Below, piece after piece: positions 10,855 through 21,426 of a stretch of DNA of 64,000 nt. Every line of letters starts with the position of its first letter. The stretch's first letter is position 1. Source of the DNA: an uncultured Bdellovibrionales bacterium (GTDB lineage: Bacteria; Patescibacteriota; Minisyncoccia; Moranbacterales; UBA2206); assembly GCA_964406815.1 (NCBI GenBank), contig CAYOTC010000002.1:7906-71905 (forward strand), written 5' to 3'. The notes beneath the pieces were generated by a model. That model saw only the letters and a program-made list of their open reading frames with translations. It had not been told where the DNA came from and did no database searches. The position numbers and the translations under genes were made by a program.

Positions 10855-11541
10855 TTATTTTAATTCTATGTTTGAAATATCTCCTAGTCCGGAATTGTTG
10901 GCAGTAGAAGGATTATAGCTGTTGAACATCAACTCGATGAGCTCTTGAGTTTTAAGCGGGATTATTTTCAGTCCTATTCCGGATAAAGCGGCAACTACTT
11001 GGTCAATGCGCTGGTTAAGCTGGGATTTATATATTTCGAAATTCTCTCTTTTTTCCAATATATTTTTTTTGGGATCAAGAAGGCTTTGCAGATTTTTGAA
11101 AAAACCGCCTTCTTTGTTTTCAATCGGAGAAAATGGAACAATGATATAAAAACTTTTATCCATTATATTGGATACGGAAATCAGTTGTCTTATGAAATTT
11201 CTATATTCGGATATTTGGAGGCGCATCAGTTCACTAGACTGTTGTTTTTCTTTATCAGTCAGAAAATCAAGATATTTATCCATATTGATTTTTCTTGAAC
11301 TGATCAATATTTGAACGGGAAAATCGACGGAATTGAGAAAACTTTGGTAATGACCAATAACTGCTTCCTGTTCCTCGGTTGATTTTAGATCGAAATTTAT
11401 GGAAGAAACTCCAAGCACGGCGCGCAAAGCGCCGTTTTTCAAAACAATCACATCTTCCTTTATTTCAGCCACGTCAATGAATTGCTGAGTGGCGGAAGTG
11501 GTGGTTTTTTTTGTATTTTTTTCTGAGTAAAGTTTTTCCAT
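10855..11541 (-). CDS. T4SS-associated protein directly upstream of VirB4 (TraC N-terminal-like)
   Basis: SINFDLKSTEEQ..YQSFLNS motif; lies between the PrgI-like gene and VirB4. Confidence 0.6.
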   Translation of the reverse strand: MEKLYSEKNTKKTTTSATQQFIDVAEIKEDVIVLKNGALRAVLGVSSINFDLKSTEEQEAVIGHYQSFLNSVDFPVQILISSRKINMDKYLDFLTDKEKQQSSELMRLQISEYRNFIRQLISVSNIMDKSFYIIVPFSPIENKEGGFFKNLQSLLDPKKNILEKRENFEIYKSQLNQRIDQVVAALSGIGLKIIPLKTQELIELMFNSYNPSTANNSGLGDISNIELK

Positions 11542-11620
11542 AGATGAATTATAACACGGTTTTTATTTTTTATTTTACAAAAATAATAAATTCTAAAATT
11601 TAAAATATGATCTTTTGAGA

Positions 11621-12022
11621 TTATTTTCTTTTATTTATGTCAAGCGACTCAGAAATTTGGGAGAGCTCGTCAAAAGAAGCGGTTTTTCGAAGATTTTTTT
11701 TTGGAGCTGTTTTTAAAATGGTGTTTTTTGCTTGATTTTTTTCCGTGATTTTTTTCCAAATATACATTCTTGGTCTCATAAAAAAGTAAAATATCGAGCC
11801 GACAAGAAAAACAAAAGGCTGGCCATAGGGGCGATAAAAAGCAAAAGCTAGGGCGATAGCCAGAACCGGAATTGCTGCGATATAGAATATTTGAGTTTCA
11901 AGGAAGGTATAAAGAAGAAGCACGATTATTCCCCCTAAAAAAAGCCAACCGAGCTGTTTGGCGGTCAGTGGACCGACAATCTTGTCTTCGACATTTATAA
12001 ATTGTGGAACATTAAACATCAT
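11621..12022 (-). CDS. PrgI family protein
   Basis: VPQFINVEDKIVGPLTAKQL, two TMs, RPYGQP..RPRMYIW. Confidence 0.75.
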   Translation of the reverse strand: MMFNVPQFINVEDKIVGPLTAKQLGWLFLGGIIVLLLYTFLETQIFYIAAIPVLAIALAFAFYRPYGQPFVFLVGSIFYFFMRPRMYIWKKITEKNQAKNTILKTAPKKNLRKTASFDELSQISESLDINKRK

Positions 12023-12029
12023 AAATTCT

Positions 12030-12071
12030 TATAACATATATCATATAACATATATCATATAACATATATCA
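12030..12071. repeat. 3 x 14-bp tandem repeat (tataaca-tatatca)
   Basis: Direct reading; lies immediately upstream of the PrgI-like start codon. Confidence 0.9.
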
Positions 12072-12119
12072 TTGTAACACGTAATAAAATATTTTATTTG
12101 TATTTATTAATTTGAAAAA

Positions 12120-13250
12120 TCAATTCTCTTTTAGGTTGACGACATTTTTCTGGGAAAAATTGTCTTTGACAGGATTTTTCAATTGAATATTGCTCAAGTC
12201 AACAGTTGAATTTGAGAATGCTTTTTTAGGTTCGGCTGGCGGGAAATTTTTTTGTGAGTTTATTTTTTCTATGGGAAATTTATGCGGAGAGGAAAAGTTG
12301 ATATTGTTTTGATTTTCCGGAGCGGGGTTTTCATTTTTTGGATTCAAATCTCTTCTCCAATTGCTCAATCTTTCTTCTACATTGACTTCCGGTTTTTTTT
12401 CGGAAGGTCTTAGGTTGATTGAAGACGAGAATGAGGCTGGTTTTGCTGAAGGTTTTTCTTGAGGTCTCAGAAAGATTACCTGTTTTCTGTCGGCATCAAT
12501 TGAAAGCGGAGTATTTTCATCAAATGATTTGGCGATATCGGTCAATTTTTCTCTTTCAGAAGAAGAAAGTTTCTGCGTGTTGATGTTTCGAAAAAGATAA
12601 TCCATTCGCACCATCTGATCGTGATTGTTTATTCCGACGTTGAACATATAATCAGAAATCCAATTCTTGATCGATGGCCGGACCGGTTCAGGGAATGATT
12701 TCAATCGGATGTGTTCAGATGTAATAAGCTGTTCGCCAATTTCCGGAAATTTTTTCATCGCGTCGGAGATGTTGAGGTTTAGGAGATTTTGGGGAGTTTG
12801 ACGAATTTCTTCCTTTTTTATTTCTTCCATCTTTTCTTTTTCTTCATCCTCTTTTTCCCTGATTATCCAAGGCTCTATTTCTAAAACTTTTTGCCAAGCA
12901 GCATCTTCGGAAATAATTGGTGTAGTTTTTAATCGTTCCCATTTGTATAAAAGTTCTGGTGCATTAGTAAAATAATCGGGAAATTTAGCAAAAAGTCTTT
13001 TGTTTATTTCATATGAAATTCCAAAAGCTATATTATCGGCAATATTATTTTGTTTGACTATGTGAGGTAGATTTTCCAATTTTTCTTCGCCTACAAAGAT
13101 TAATCCTACGGGTGTAGATAATTGTTCAATAATTTTTTCTTGTTCACTATAAAGAAAGCAAGATTTTTCAAGTTCAAAACGAAAATCATTTGAACCAAAA
13201 AATTCTCTTTCTGAATCTGGTAATTTTGAAATTTTTTCAAAAAAATCCAT
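12120..13250 (-). CDS. Hypothetical protein with low-complexity C-terminus
   Basis: Long ORF in operon; start MDFFEK chosen to avoid overlap. Confidence 0.6.
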   Translation of the reverse strand: MDFFEKISKLPDSEREFFGSNDFRFELEKSCFLYSEQEKIIEQLSTPVGLIFVGEEKLENLPHIVKQNNIADNIAFGISYEINKRLFAKFPDYFTNAPELLYKWERLKTTPIISEDAAWQKVLEIEPWIIREKEDEEKEKMEEIKKEEIRQTPQNLLNLNISDAMKKFPEIGEQLITSEHIRLKSFPEPVRPSIKNWISDYMFNVGINNHDQMVRMDYLFRNINTQKLSSSEREKLTDIAKSFDENTPLSIDADRKQVIFLRPQEKPSAKPASFSSSINLRPSEKKPEVNVEERLSNWRRDLNPKNENPAPENQNNINFSSPHKFPIEKINSQKNFPPAEPKKAFSNSTVDLSNIQLKNPVKDNFSQKNVVNLKEN

Positions 13251-13269
13251 AGAATAAAAATAATTAAAG

Positions 13270-15648
13270 CTATTTGTATGCACGCAATTGAGGATCTCTG
13301 TCGATAGTTTTTTTCAATGATTGAACATTAGGATCGGTGCCTGGTGCAGAATTATAAATATATCTAACAATGTTTCTTGCTTTAGTATTGTCCATATTAC
13401 TCACCATCTCTTTGAATTTTCCAATACTAATATTTCTAGCAAAGGATTCTTTATGGAAAGTGCTTACAGTTGAAATGTCAAAATCAGAGAGAGTGTCTTT
13501 ATTTCCTTTTTCATAAATATATTTCTCTAGAGAAGGGTCTATACTGGCTGATAGTTTTCCTGTTGTTGCTGTGTAAGCTCTCTGAACAAATTTAGAAGTT
13601 GAATCTCCTGGAACATTGTATGTACTATTAGAAGCAAGTTTATTCAATGAAATTTCTAGATTATTTTTAAAAGAAGCTCCTTTTTTCTTTAATTTTACAA
13701 TATCATCAATATTTGCAGCATCCTCTTTAGCTACAATTTCCATAAATGCAGCATTTTTATAAGTATCACTTTTATAATTGTCAAGTCTGAATTGACTACT
13801 TTTCACAAAATCTTCCATATGCTTAGTATTGAAATTTATATCTCCAGTTGTTGGATCTGTGTCGATTGTTCCATCTGATTTGAAATTTGCAAAAGCCAAT
13901 TCTGGTCTAATTGATCTTACTTTATAAGCAAGTTGTTTAAATTCTTGAGAAGCTTCTCCAAAGGTTCTTCTGAAATCTTCAAAATCAGTATCTTCTATTA
14001 TGCCATGTTTATCAGCTAATTCTTTAATGGCTGCAGCTCGTGTATATTTATCAGAGCTTGTTGCAAGAGTCTTAAGATCAGATGCCATCTTATTGCTCAT
14101 ATCATTATCATCATAAGCCTCTTTAACTTTCTTGGCATTAAGTTTATCTTGAGCGCCTTTAACTCCCATTCTAGCTGCCAATTTAGCCTCTCTTTCCTCA
14201 GCTCTTTCAGAACCAAGCCAACCTGATTTTTTAAACTGCGCAAAGCGCTGTTTCATTCCGCCCGGAATACCGGTTTTTTTAAATCCCCATGAAGCTAAAG
14301 GTCTTATACCGCCGAGATTTTTGGCGAAAGATTTTCCGTGTTTAGTGACGCTGCCTACGATTGCGCTTGCGCCGATTAGACTGCTTTTTTTAGCTACCAT
14401 CATTCCCATCCAGAGAATAATAACCGGAATGGAAAAATAAGCTGCTGAGCCTATGAGTCTTTGCAGAGAGCTAATTTTAGTATTATCTTCTGCTAAAGAT
14501 GAAAACTGATTTTGTATGCCTGCCATTTCTCCTATTATTTGCAATGAAATAAAAACGAAAAAAAGCATTATCGGTCCGAAAAAAGCGGCATCCATCAATT
14601 TTTTCCACCACTCGCCGGCTTTTCCGGAAAGTTCCGATCCGGGAAGCGTCGGACCGACAAAAGCTATGGGGGAAAAAATAATCAGAATTGCCAATGTGAC
14701 AACTCGGACAAGCAAAAGAAGCGCTAAAACAATAAAAGTCATTGCCAGAATAAATGTGAAAACTATGGAGGCGATTATAAACATAACATCTGGATTGGGT
14801 GTTGTTATAATTTTTTCCATTTCGCTAGCATCCGCTATGTTTGCTAATGTTCCGGTGGGTGATAATTGATTGATGAAAAAATACATAATAACATTAGCAA
14901 CATCGATGATGAAGCGGGTTATGGGATAACTGAAATTAACAAGAAGCGCCATTAGGATGAGGTTGGGAACAACCTTTGACCAATGATATTTATCCACTTG
15001 GAAAACTGTGCAGAAAGCGCTATAGAGAAGAACAAAGATAAAAACAATATTTAGAAAATCTCTGACTAGTGACCATGCAAAGTAAATAGCTTCATTATTT
15101 ATTATGGTGCTTAGGACAGTGGGGTTAATTATGGCATCAAAGATTACCCCAGCAATGCTTAATAAAACTACCACGAAGCTAAGTATGTGAAGAAGTGGGC
15201 ACTTCAGAAGATAATTACCCAGATTTGATATGCCAGAAGGAAGATTAGCACAGACGCTGGTATTATTTTCAACTGCCTTAGACGATCCGGCTCTGTAATG
15301 TTTATCGTGATTTTTAATTTCTGAAGTTGGTTTTATTCCTTGACCTCCATTATTCCAATATTCTATTCCGTCAAACTTAATATGAGGATTGGGAACTGCC
15401 ATATTTGAAAATCCATCGTTGATTTTTTCTTTCTGACAAATTTCATAACATTTTTCTTTGTCGGAAGCTTCTAATGGGTATTTATCGTTATAAAAAACAG
15501 ATTCTTTTGCATATCCAGAGCCTGATCGTCCACAAATACATTCTCCCGCCTGCGCTTTTTCTGCTCCAAATAATCCAAAAAAAGCCGTTATTGCCAAAAC
15601 AAAAACAGCAAAAAGAATAATTGTTTTTAAAAATTGATTATTTTTCAC
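13270..15648 (-). CDS. VirB6/TrbL-like polytopic membrane protein with long C-terminal tail
   Basis: WSLVRDFLN, ALLVNFS, LLVRVVTLAILIIFSPIAF, WW..L..AAFFGP; in the T4SS-like cluster. Confidence 0.7.
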   Translation of the reverse strand: MKNNQFLKTIILFAVFVLAITAFFGLFGAEKAQAGECICGRSGSGYAKESVFYNDKYPLEASDKEKCYEICQKEKINDGFSNMAVPNPHIKFDGIEYWNNGGQGIKPTSEIKNHDKHYRAGSSKAVENNTSVCANLPSGISNLGNYLLKCPLLHILSFVVVLLSIAGVIFDAIINPTVLSTIINNEAIYFAWSLVRDFLNIVFIFVLLYSAFCTVFQVDKYHWSKVVPNLILMALLVNFSYPITRFIIDVANVIMYFFINQLSPTGTLANIADASEMEKIITTPNPDVMFIIASIVFTFILAMTFIVLALLLLVRVVTLAILIIFSPIAFVGPTLPGSELSGKAGEWWKKLMDAAFFGPIMLFFVFISLQIIGEMAGIQNQFSSLAEDNTKISSLQRLIGSAAYFSIPVIILWMGMMVAKKSSLIGASAIVGSVTKHGKSFAKNLGGIRPLASWGFKKTGIPGGMKQRFAQFKKSGWLGSERAEEREAKLAARMGVKGAQDKLNAKKVKEAYDDNDMSNKMASDLKTLATSSDKYTRAAAIKELADKHGIIEDTDFEDFRRTFGEASQEFKQLAYKVRSIRPELAFANFKSDGTIDTDPTTGDINFNTKHMEDFVKSSQFRLDNYKSDTYKNAAFMEIVAKEDAANIDDIVKLKKKGASFKNNLEISLNKLASNSTYNVPGDSTSKFVQRAYTATTGKLSASIDPSLEKYIYEKGNKDTLSDFDISTVSTFHKESFARNISIGKFKEMVSNMDNTKARNIVRYIYNSAPGTDPNVQSLKKTIDRDPQLRAYK

Positions 15649-15674
15649 TGGATTTTATTTCTGAAAAACTATAA

Positions 15675-16619
15675 TTATCTTCTATTGGCTGATTGATAGG
15701 CGGCAGATGGTCCATATTGGTTTACGGAATCATTAATATTTTGATTGACGCGACTATTGACAGAGTTTATTTCTTTGTTGATTGATTTTTTCACGTTTCC
15801 AATCCCGGCTTGAACGGATTGGGTGATCATTTGGGAAACTACCGTTGAAATAATTTCTCCCATACTGGTTGCTCCGGCAATAGTTTTGTTTCCCAAATCA
15901 TAGGCATTGACAGTATTGCCATATAAGATTGATCCGGGAATATAAATTTGTCCACTGCCATCTTCATCTCCGCCCCCTTTAAATCCGCTATATGCAACTG
16001 ATTTTGCTTGGGCTATTTCTTTTTCTTCTTCCAAATAGGCATTGTATTTATTTTTTATATAAAAGTCCATCGCCCAAGGATTGTTTACTCCTTCCATGTA
16101 TGAATTAAGCCCGGAAAAGTTATAGTTATTTCCGCTCCTGAACATGCTGTCAGAATTGGAAAAATTTACCTGCAAGGGTTCGTTTTCAGAAGCTGATCCC
16201 TTGGCAATGCCTTCCATTAATTTAAAATAATTACTTCCATTGGCATTTATATAATTAGAACTTCCCTTGCCACCGAGAGTGTAACTTATTTGGTCATTAA
16301 TGTAACGATTCGTTCTTTCAGTTGGTTGATTTATTAAATAATCTTCCCAATTAGTTATGAATTTTGTATCAGAAAGGCTGTTTCCGGAAAGCATACTTTC
16401 AGTTTGTTTAATCATCATATTAGCCGCTTGTTTTTTCTCTACTCCTCTCAGTACTCCATTCATAAGTGACTTTAATTCCTCAACGCCAGCTCCTATGATA
16501 GCTGCCGGGATTGACATCCAAGCATTAGCACATTTTGTAGGAAAAGATGAAAAAATAAAAAACAAGATAAGAAGAATAAAAATCTTTTTTCCAAAAAGTA
16601 ATTTATTTTTTTTAACCAT
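15675..16619 (-). CDS. Secreted hypothetical protein
   Basis: Signal peptide (ANA-W), FITNWEDYL, IYIPGS; in operon. Confidence 0.6.
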   Translation of the reverse strand: MVKKNKLLFGKKIFILLILFFIFSSFPTKCANAWMSIPAAIIGAGVEELKSLMNGVLRGVEKKQAANMMIKQTESMLSGNSLSDTKFITNWEDYLINQPTERTNRYINDQISYTLGGKGSSNYINANGSNYFKLMEGIAKGSASENEPLQVNFSNSDSMFRSGNNYNFSGLNSYMEGVNNPWAMDFYIKNKYNAYLEEEKEIAQAKSVAYSGFKGGGDEDGSGQIYIPGSILYGNTVNAYDLGNKTIAGATSMGEIISTVVSQMITQSVQAGIGNVKKSINKEINSVNSRVNQNINDSVNQYGPSAAYQSANRR

Positions 16620-16620
16620 T

Positions 16621-17706
16621 TTATTTGTCTAGATTAATTTGAAAATCTTCTTCTGGGGCAAATAGACCGATATCTTTTAATTTTTTCTTTAAATTTTCAT
16701 CGTATTTCAAATCATATTCACTGAATTTTTGGGTTATCTCTGTTGAATAGTTTAAAATTTCTCCTAGAAGAGCTTCAATTTTTCCATAAGAAATTATTTG
16801 AGAAATAGGATCATCAGTTTTGATTGCTATGTCATTTTTAAGAGAAAGAGAATAATAAGCGAAACGTAATCCCCTGGTGTGTAGTTCAATTAAATCTTCT
16901 GGAACCTCAACTTCTTTCATTTGTTCGATTATTTTTTCAGAATTTTCAGCGAATTCTTTTATTGAATCAGTGTTTCCTGTTGAGATAGCTGAAATAATTT
17001 GATTTGTTGGCTCGGCAAAGAAATTGGAAATATCTGATCCGGAAGTTATCGGTTTGTCAGAATTGCTGGAAAAAATATAATAAATGGCAATTATATAATT
17101 GGTGAAATCTTCTTTCTTCTTTTCTATCTGACGTTCCTTGCTCAGTTTCCCATAATTCTGTTTTTTTATTTTTATATCATCGGTATTTATTTCCGGCATA
17201 TCATCTTCATTTATTTCACTGGAAGATTTTAGGATTTCATCTACTATGGCTTGAGTTTCTTCCAGGGTAATTTCTTGATCCTCAGAATCTTTGCTGCTGG
17301 AAAGAATGCTTATTTTTTCCGCCATTTTCTGGGTAAGATTTTCTTCCGATTCGTAACTGGATTTATTGTTTGTATTTTTTTCATTTTCTATTATTCTATC
17401 CCCCGGAGCGGGAATAGTCGGATTATAACCGCTTTTAACTTCGATTCCATCAGAATAGCTGTCGCTATCGGTGTCGCGATTTTGCGGATCGGTTCCATAT
17501 ATCTTTTCTTCTTCATCAGAAAGCCCATCCTGATCGCTGTCAAGAAAAATACTTTTAGTATTGGTTGAATTTTCTGCGACAGCATAAAAGGAAAAAGTCA
17601 ACGCTAAAAGAAACAGCAACACCAAAAAAGAAAGATTGATATTTTTCATTTTCATATTGAAATAATTATAGCATAATTTTTTCCAATACAAAAATATTTT
17701 ATCCAC
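16621..17706 (-). CDS. Secreted protein with bacterial TSP3 (DxDxDG) Ca-binding repeats
   Basis: DSDQDGLSDEEEKIYGTDPQNRDTDSDSYSDGIEV. True start is probably ~17655. Confidence 0.7.
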   Translation of the reverse strand: MDKIFLYWKKLCYNYFNMKMKNINLSFLVLLFLLALTFSFYAVAENSTNTKSIFLDSDQDGLSDEEEKIYGTDPQNRDTDSDSYSDGIEVKSGYNPTIPAPGDRIIENEKNTNNKSSYESEENLTQKMAEKISILSSSKDSEDQEITLEETQAIVDEILKSSSEINEDDMPEINTDDIKIKKQNYGKLSKERQIEKKKEDFTNYIIAIYYIFSSNSDKPITSGSDISNFFAEPTNQIISAISTGNTDSIKEFAENSEKIIEQMKEVEVPEDLIELHTRGLRFAYYSLSLKNDIAIKTDDPISQIISYGKIEALLGEILNYSTEITQKFSEYDLKYDENLKKKLKDIGLFAPEEDFQINLDK

Positions 17707-17772
17707 AACTGAAATAGTTTTAAGCTTTTGAGATGATTTGCTTAAATAAAAGAAGATTGCTAGATTTAATGT

Positions 17773-19401
17773 ATGAAAATACTTATTGATTTTTTTAAAA
17801 AAGCCATAGAGAAAAATGTGTCTTTGGAAAATGTTTTTTTTGGTTTTTTGAGCCTGATTTTTTTGCGAGTTTTTGTTGAAAAATTCCTGGCTGTTTCAAG
17901 AGAAACTGACATTTATTCAACTATTTTGGAATTTGTTCACAATGTGCTATTTTTTTCTATTATTTTTCTTATAGTCTGGATATTTTTAGCTTTTTTTCTC
18001 AAAATAAACCCAAAAGAAATGATAAATCTCTTTTTATGGGGTTCTTTCTTGATTATTTTTCCGCCAGTATTAGATATGATAAAAACCGGCGGGGAGGTAT
18101 ATTGGAGTTTTTATCTTTTGAGCAGTTTTGATGATTTAATTTCTCAATTCTTGAGTGTTTTTGGCCACCTGCCTTCCGGTATAATGTATTTTGGGACAAA
18201 GATAGTTTTCATTTTGGCAGTAATAATGTTGGCTATTTTTGTTTTATATAAGACAAAAAGTTTCATAAAAACAATTACTTCAGCTTTGGTTGTTTATATT
18301 CTGATTTTTTTTATGTGTGCGTTTCCAACGATTTTTTTCTTTGTTTATTCAATTGTTACGGGTGGGATGAGAATCGAGGATGTTCAAGGTTTCAATGTGG
18401 CTCAATTTTTTATAGGAAACTCAAAAATTTTTGGAATAGAAGCGGAAAATCTGAGTTATGCTTTTATTTATAGGTTGGATTTTGTTCTTTATCCGTTTCT
18501 GATTATTTTATTGACAGTGATTTTTTTAATGATTGATAAAAAAAAGGTCTATGCTGTCATCGGCAATTCTCGCTGGCCTCAAGTTTTATATCATTTCGGC
18601 TTATTTTTGGTAGGAATTGCCTTTGGAGTTTTTAAAAATCCGGAAAATTTCAGTTTGAATATGTTTTCTTTTTTTGCCATAGTCACACTTCTTTTGGGAA
18701 TTTTTTTCAGTTGGAAAGCTTCCGTAGTAGTCAATGATTTTTATGATCAAAAAACGGACGTTATTACCAATCCCAATCGTCCGCTTTCGGGAAAAACCAT
18801 TCCACCCGAAGAATATCGTTCTCTGGGCGTAATGTTTTTTATTCTAGCTCTTTTGGCGGGAATAATTGTCGGTTTTAAATTTTTTTTCATATTTTTTACA
18901 TATCAAACAGTAGCCTGGATTTATTCTGCTGAGCCTTTTAGACTCAAGCGTTTTCCGATTATTGCGACTTTGGTAAGTTCTTTTGCTTTGATTTTGATAT
19001 TTTTTATGGGATACATAATGCTTTGTCAGGATCAAACAACTAACAATATTCCATTTGGAATAATCATACTTATGGTTATCGCTTATACAATTTCCATTCC
19101 TCTTAAGGATTTTAAAGATATTGAAGGTGATAAAGCGGATGGAGTAAAAACTATTCCGGTTATTTTTGGTGAAAAAAATGGAAGAATAATAGTAGCTTCA
19201 GGGATTTTTATTTCTTTTGTTTTAAGTGTTTTTTTGCTTAATGAAAAAAAACTTTTCTTTTGGGCAGTTATTTTTGGGATTATTAACTATATTATTGTTG
19301 TTAGCAATAAAATAAAACCTCGTTTTTTGCTCTGGAGCATACTTGCCACGGCCTTTTTTTACGGATGTATATTGGTTTGGGTGGCAATTTTATCATTTTA
19401 G
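17773..19401 (+). CDS. UbiA-family prenyltransferase with extra N-terminal membrane domain
   Basis: Asp-rich motifs NDFYDQKTD..NPNRPL and KDFKDIEGD..GVKTIP in the C-terminal half. Confidence 0.8.
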   Translation: MKILIDFFKKAIEKNVSLENVFFGFLSLIFLRVFVEKFLAVSRETDIYSTILEFVHNVLFFSIIFLIVWIFLAFFLKINPKEMINLFLWGSFLIIFPPVLDMIKTGGEVYWSFYLLSSFDDLISQFLSVFGHLPSGIMYFGTKIVFILAVIMLAIFVLYKTKSFIKTITSALVVYILIFFMCAFPTIFFFVYSIVTGGMRIEDVQGFNVAQFFIGNSKIFGIEAENLSYAFIYRLDFVLYPFLIILLTVIFLMIDKKKVYAVIGNSRWPQVLYHFGLFLVGIAFGVFKNPENFSLNMFSFFAIVTLLLGIFFSWKASVVVNDFYDQKTDVITNPNRPLSGKTIPPEEYRSLGVMFFILALLAGIIVGFKFFFIFFTYQTVAWIYSAEPFRLKRFPIIATLVSSFALILIFFMGYIMLCQDQTTNNIPFGIIILMVIAYTISIPLKDFKDIEGDKADGVKTIPVIFGEKNGRIIVASGIFISFVLSVFLLNEKKLFFWAVIFGIINYIIVVSNKIKPRFLLWSILATAFFYGCILVWVAILSF

Positions 19402-20189
19402 GAAAATTCTTTAGTTAAAACCTTCCAATCCTCGACTGATAATTCTTGTGCTCTTATTTCTAGCTGAAAACCGTGTTTTTTTATTTTTTCTTCGACATAT
19501 TTTTTATTCAAATGGAAACTGGCAGAAAGATTGTTAATCAAAGTTTTTCTTTTGGAACTAAATCCGGCTCTGACAACGCGGAAAAATCTTTTAATCTCAT
19601 CTTTTCTTGGGAATTCGTTTTCAATGGTTATTCGAATAACAGCGCTATCAACTTCTGGTACTGGCCAGAAGGAGGATTTGTCGACATAAAAAAGTATTTC
19701 CGGTTTGGCATAATATTGGACTGATACAGCCAAAATACTCATATCCCCGGGTTTTCCACAGATTCTTTCAGCCACTTCTTTTTGAACCATCAAAATCATC
19801 TCATTGGGCCGGTATTTTGTTTCCAAAAATAGTTGGATTATTGATGAAGTTATATAATATGGTATATTTGCCACCAATTTATATTTTTTATCACCTATTT
19901 TATGCTTTTCTAAAACTTCAGGAAGATTTATCCCCATTATATCCCCATGGATTATTTCAAATTTTTTGCTTTCTTTAAAGCTTTTATTCAATTTTTCTGC
20001 TAAAATATCATCTTTTTCCACAGCTATCACATGACCAGCTTTTTTGGCCAGTTTTTCAGTTAATACTCCAGTTCCTGGCCCTATTTCCAAAACAAAATCA
20101 TCCGGTTTTAATTCGGCCGATTTGATTATCTTATCCAACACCTTTTCATCTTTCAGAAAATTTTGTCCGAGGGATTTTTTAGGTTGCAT
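19398..20189 (-). CDS. rsmA: 16S rRNA adenine dimethyltransferase
   Basis: KKSLGQNFL, VLEIGPGTG, ANIPYYIT, MVQKEVAER, PVPEVDSA. Confidence 0.97.
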   Translation of the reverse strand: MQPKKSLGQNFLKDEKVLDKIIKSAELKPDDFVLEIGPGTGVLTEKLAKKAGHVIAVEKDDILAEKLNKSFKESKKFEIIHGDIMGINLPEVLEKHKIGDKKYKLVANIPYYITSSIIQLFLETKYRPNEMILMVQKEVAERICGKPGDMSILAVSVQYYAKPEILFYVDKSSFWPVPEVDSAVIRITIENEFPRKDEIKRFFRVVRAGFSSKRKTLINNLSASFHLNKKYVEEKIKKHGFQLEIRAQELSVEDWKVLTKEFS

Positions 20190-20199
20190 ATTTTTATTA

Positions 20200-21144
20200 T
20201 TAATTCAATATTTGTTCAACTTTTACTCCGATAACTCCGGCGCCTAAGGGTGCAAGTTTTTCAAAAGCGACTTTATCAAGGTCGATTATCCGGCCTTTGC
20301 CTTGCGGACCGTAGTCGTTAATCTGCACAACAATAGTTTTTCCGCTGGCTGTGGCAGTCACTTTTACATAAGCGCCCTTAGGAATGGTCGTTGAAGCGGC
20401 GAACATTCCGCCTTTCCAGGCATACCAAGTTCCCAGTCCTTTATTCGCTTTGCCAAGTTTCATATAAGTTCCCTGGGTTTCAACTTGAGTTACTGGATCT
20501 TTTATGATTTCCTGAGAAAGTTTTATACGCGAGATTTCTTTTCCATTTTTATAGGTTATCCTGTATTTAACTTCTTTAATCCCCTTTTCTCCTTGAGTTG
20601 TTATCTTTTTTTCCCGCCAACCCAACTCTGAGTCATTTTTAGTAGTTGTTTTAAAATCTATTTCTTCTTTTTTTATTACTTCTTCAACGTTTATCCGGGT
20701 AATGATTATCGTTTCGTTTTTTTGTAAAGATTTTTCCGTGCCAGGAGAAACCTTATCCAGTTTTCCTAGAATTAGGTTATTCTCTGCGATTATTTTTTCA
20801 ATATTCCTTTCCAGAGTGTGATTTTCGATGGTTTTTCCGTCAACTTCGATTTTTATTTCCATTGCCCTCCGGATTTCAATATTCATTCCGGGAAAAATTT
20901 TGGATTCAGGATTAGGAGATATTTTGTCGTGATTTCCTATTTTTATTCTATTTTCTTCGAGCAAATCTTTCAGGGCGTTTTTTTCTGATATTATTTCCGA
21001 TTGAAATCCATTATCATTAATATGGATTTTTTTTGGCTTATTGTTGAAATCAATTTTTTCCTTAGAATCGGAAAAAAATGCAAAAACCCTGAAAGCAGCA
21101 AAGAGTATTGCCAATAAAATTAGGAATTTCAATAATTTCCGCAT
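20200..21144 (-). CDS. RpfB/YabE-like protein: DUF348 repeats + G5 + RlpA-like DPBB domain
   Basis: G5 (QGEKGIKEV..YKNGKEISR) and DPBB (VVQINDYGP..GRIIDL). Confidence 0.8.
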   Translation of the reverse strand: MRKLLKFLILLAILFAAFRVFAFFSDSKEKIDFNNKPKKIHINDNGFQSEIISEKNALKDLLEENRIKIGNHDKISPNPESKIFPGMNIEIRRAMEIKIEVDGKTIENHTLERNIEKIIAENNLILGKLDKVSPGTEKSLQKNETIIITRINVEEVIKKEEIDFKTTTKNDSELGWREKKITTQGEKGIKEVKYRITYKNGKEISRIKLSQEIIKDPVTQVETQGTYMKLGKANKGLGTWYAWKGGMFAASTTIPKGAYVKVTATASGKTIVVQINDYGPQGKGRIIDLDKVAFEKLAPLGAGVIGVKVEQILN

Positions 21145-21226
21145 AATTATTCAATCGATTAGACTCAAGAATATTATAGCGGGAGCAGTAGTTTTTATCC
21201 AGTTAGTTCTAAAAAACATTTTACTT

Positions 21227-21391
21227 GCTTTCTTTGACAGCAAAGAAAGCGAATAGAAAGAAACTGTCGAACAGGCTCGCGCTGGCAGGATTATGACGAT
21301 TACTCACTAAAATTTACATTTCGCTTCGCTACATTTCAAAATTTTTGACGTTCGTAATCTGTAATCCGGAAACACGCTTCGCAAAGTTCGG
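21227..21391 (+). repeat. Structured intergenic repeat, copy 1 of 3
   Basis: Hairpin gctttctttg-acag-caaagaaagc, then aaactgtc...cgcttcgcaaagttcgg; shared with 56523 and 58142. Confidence 0.7.
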
Positions 21392-21426
21392 AAAAAACTA
21401 CCAATTACAAACTACCAGCTAATAAC

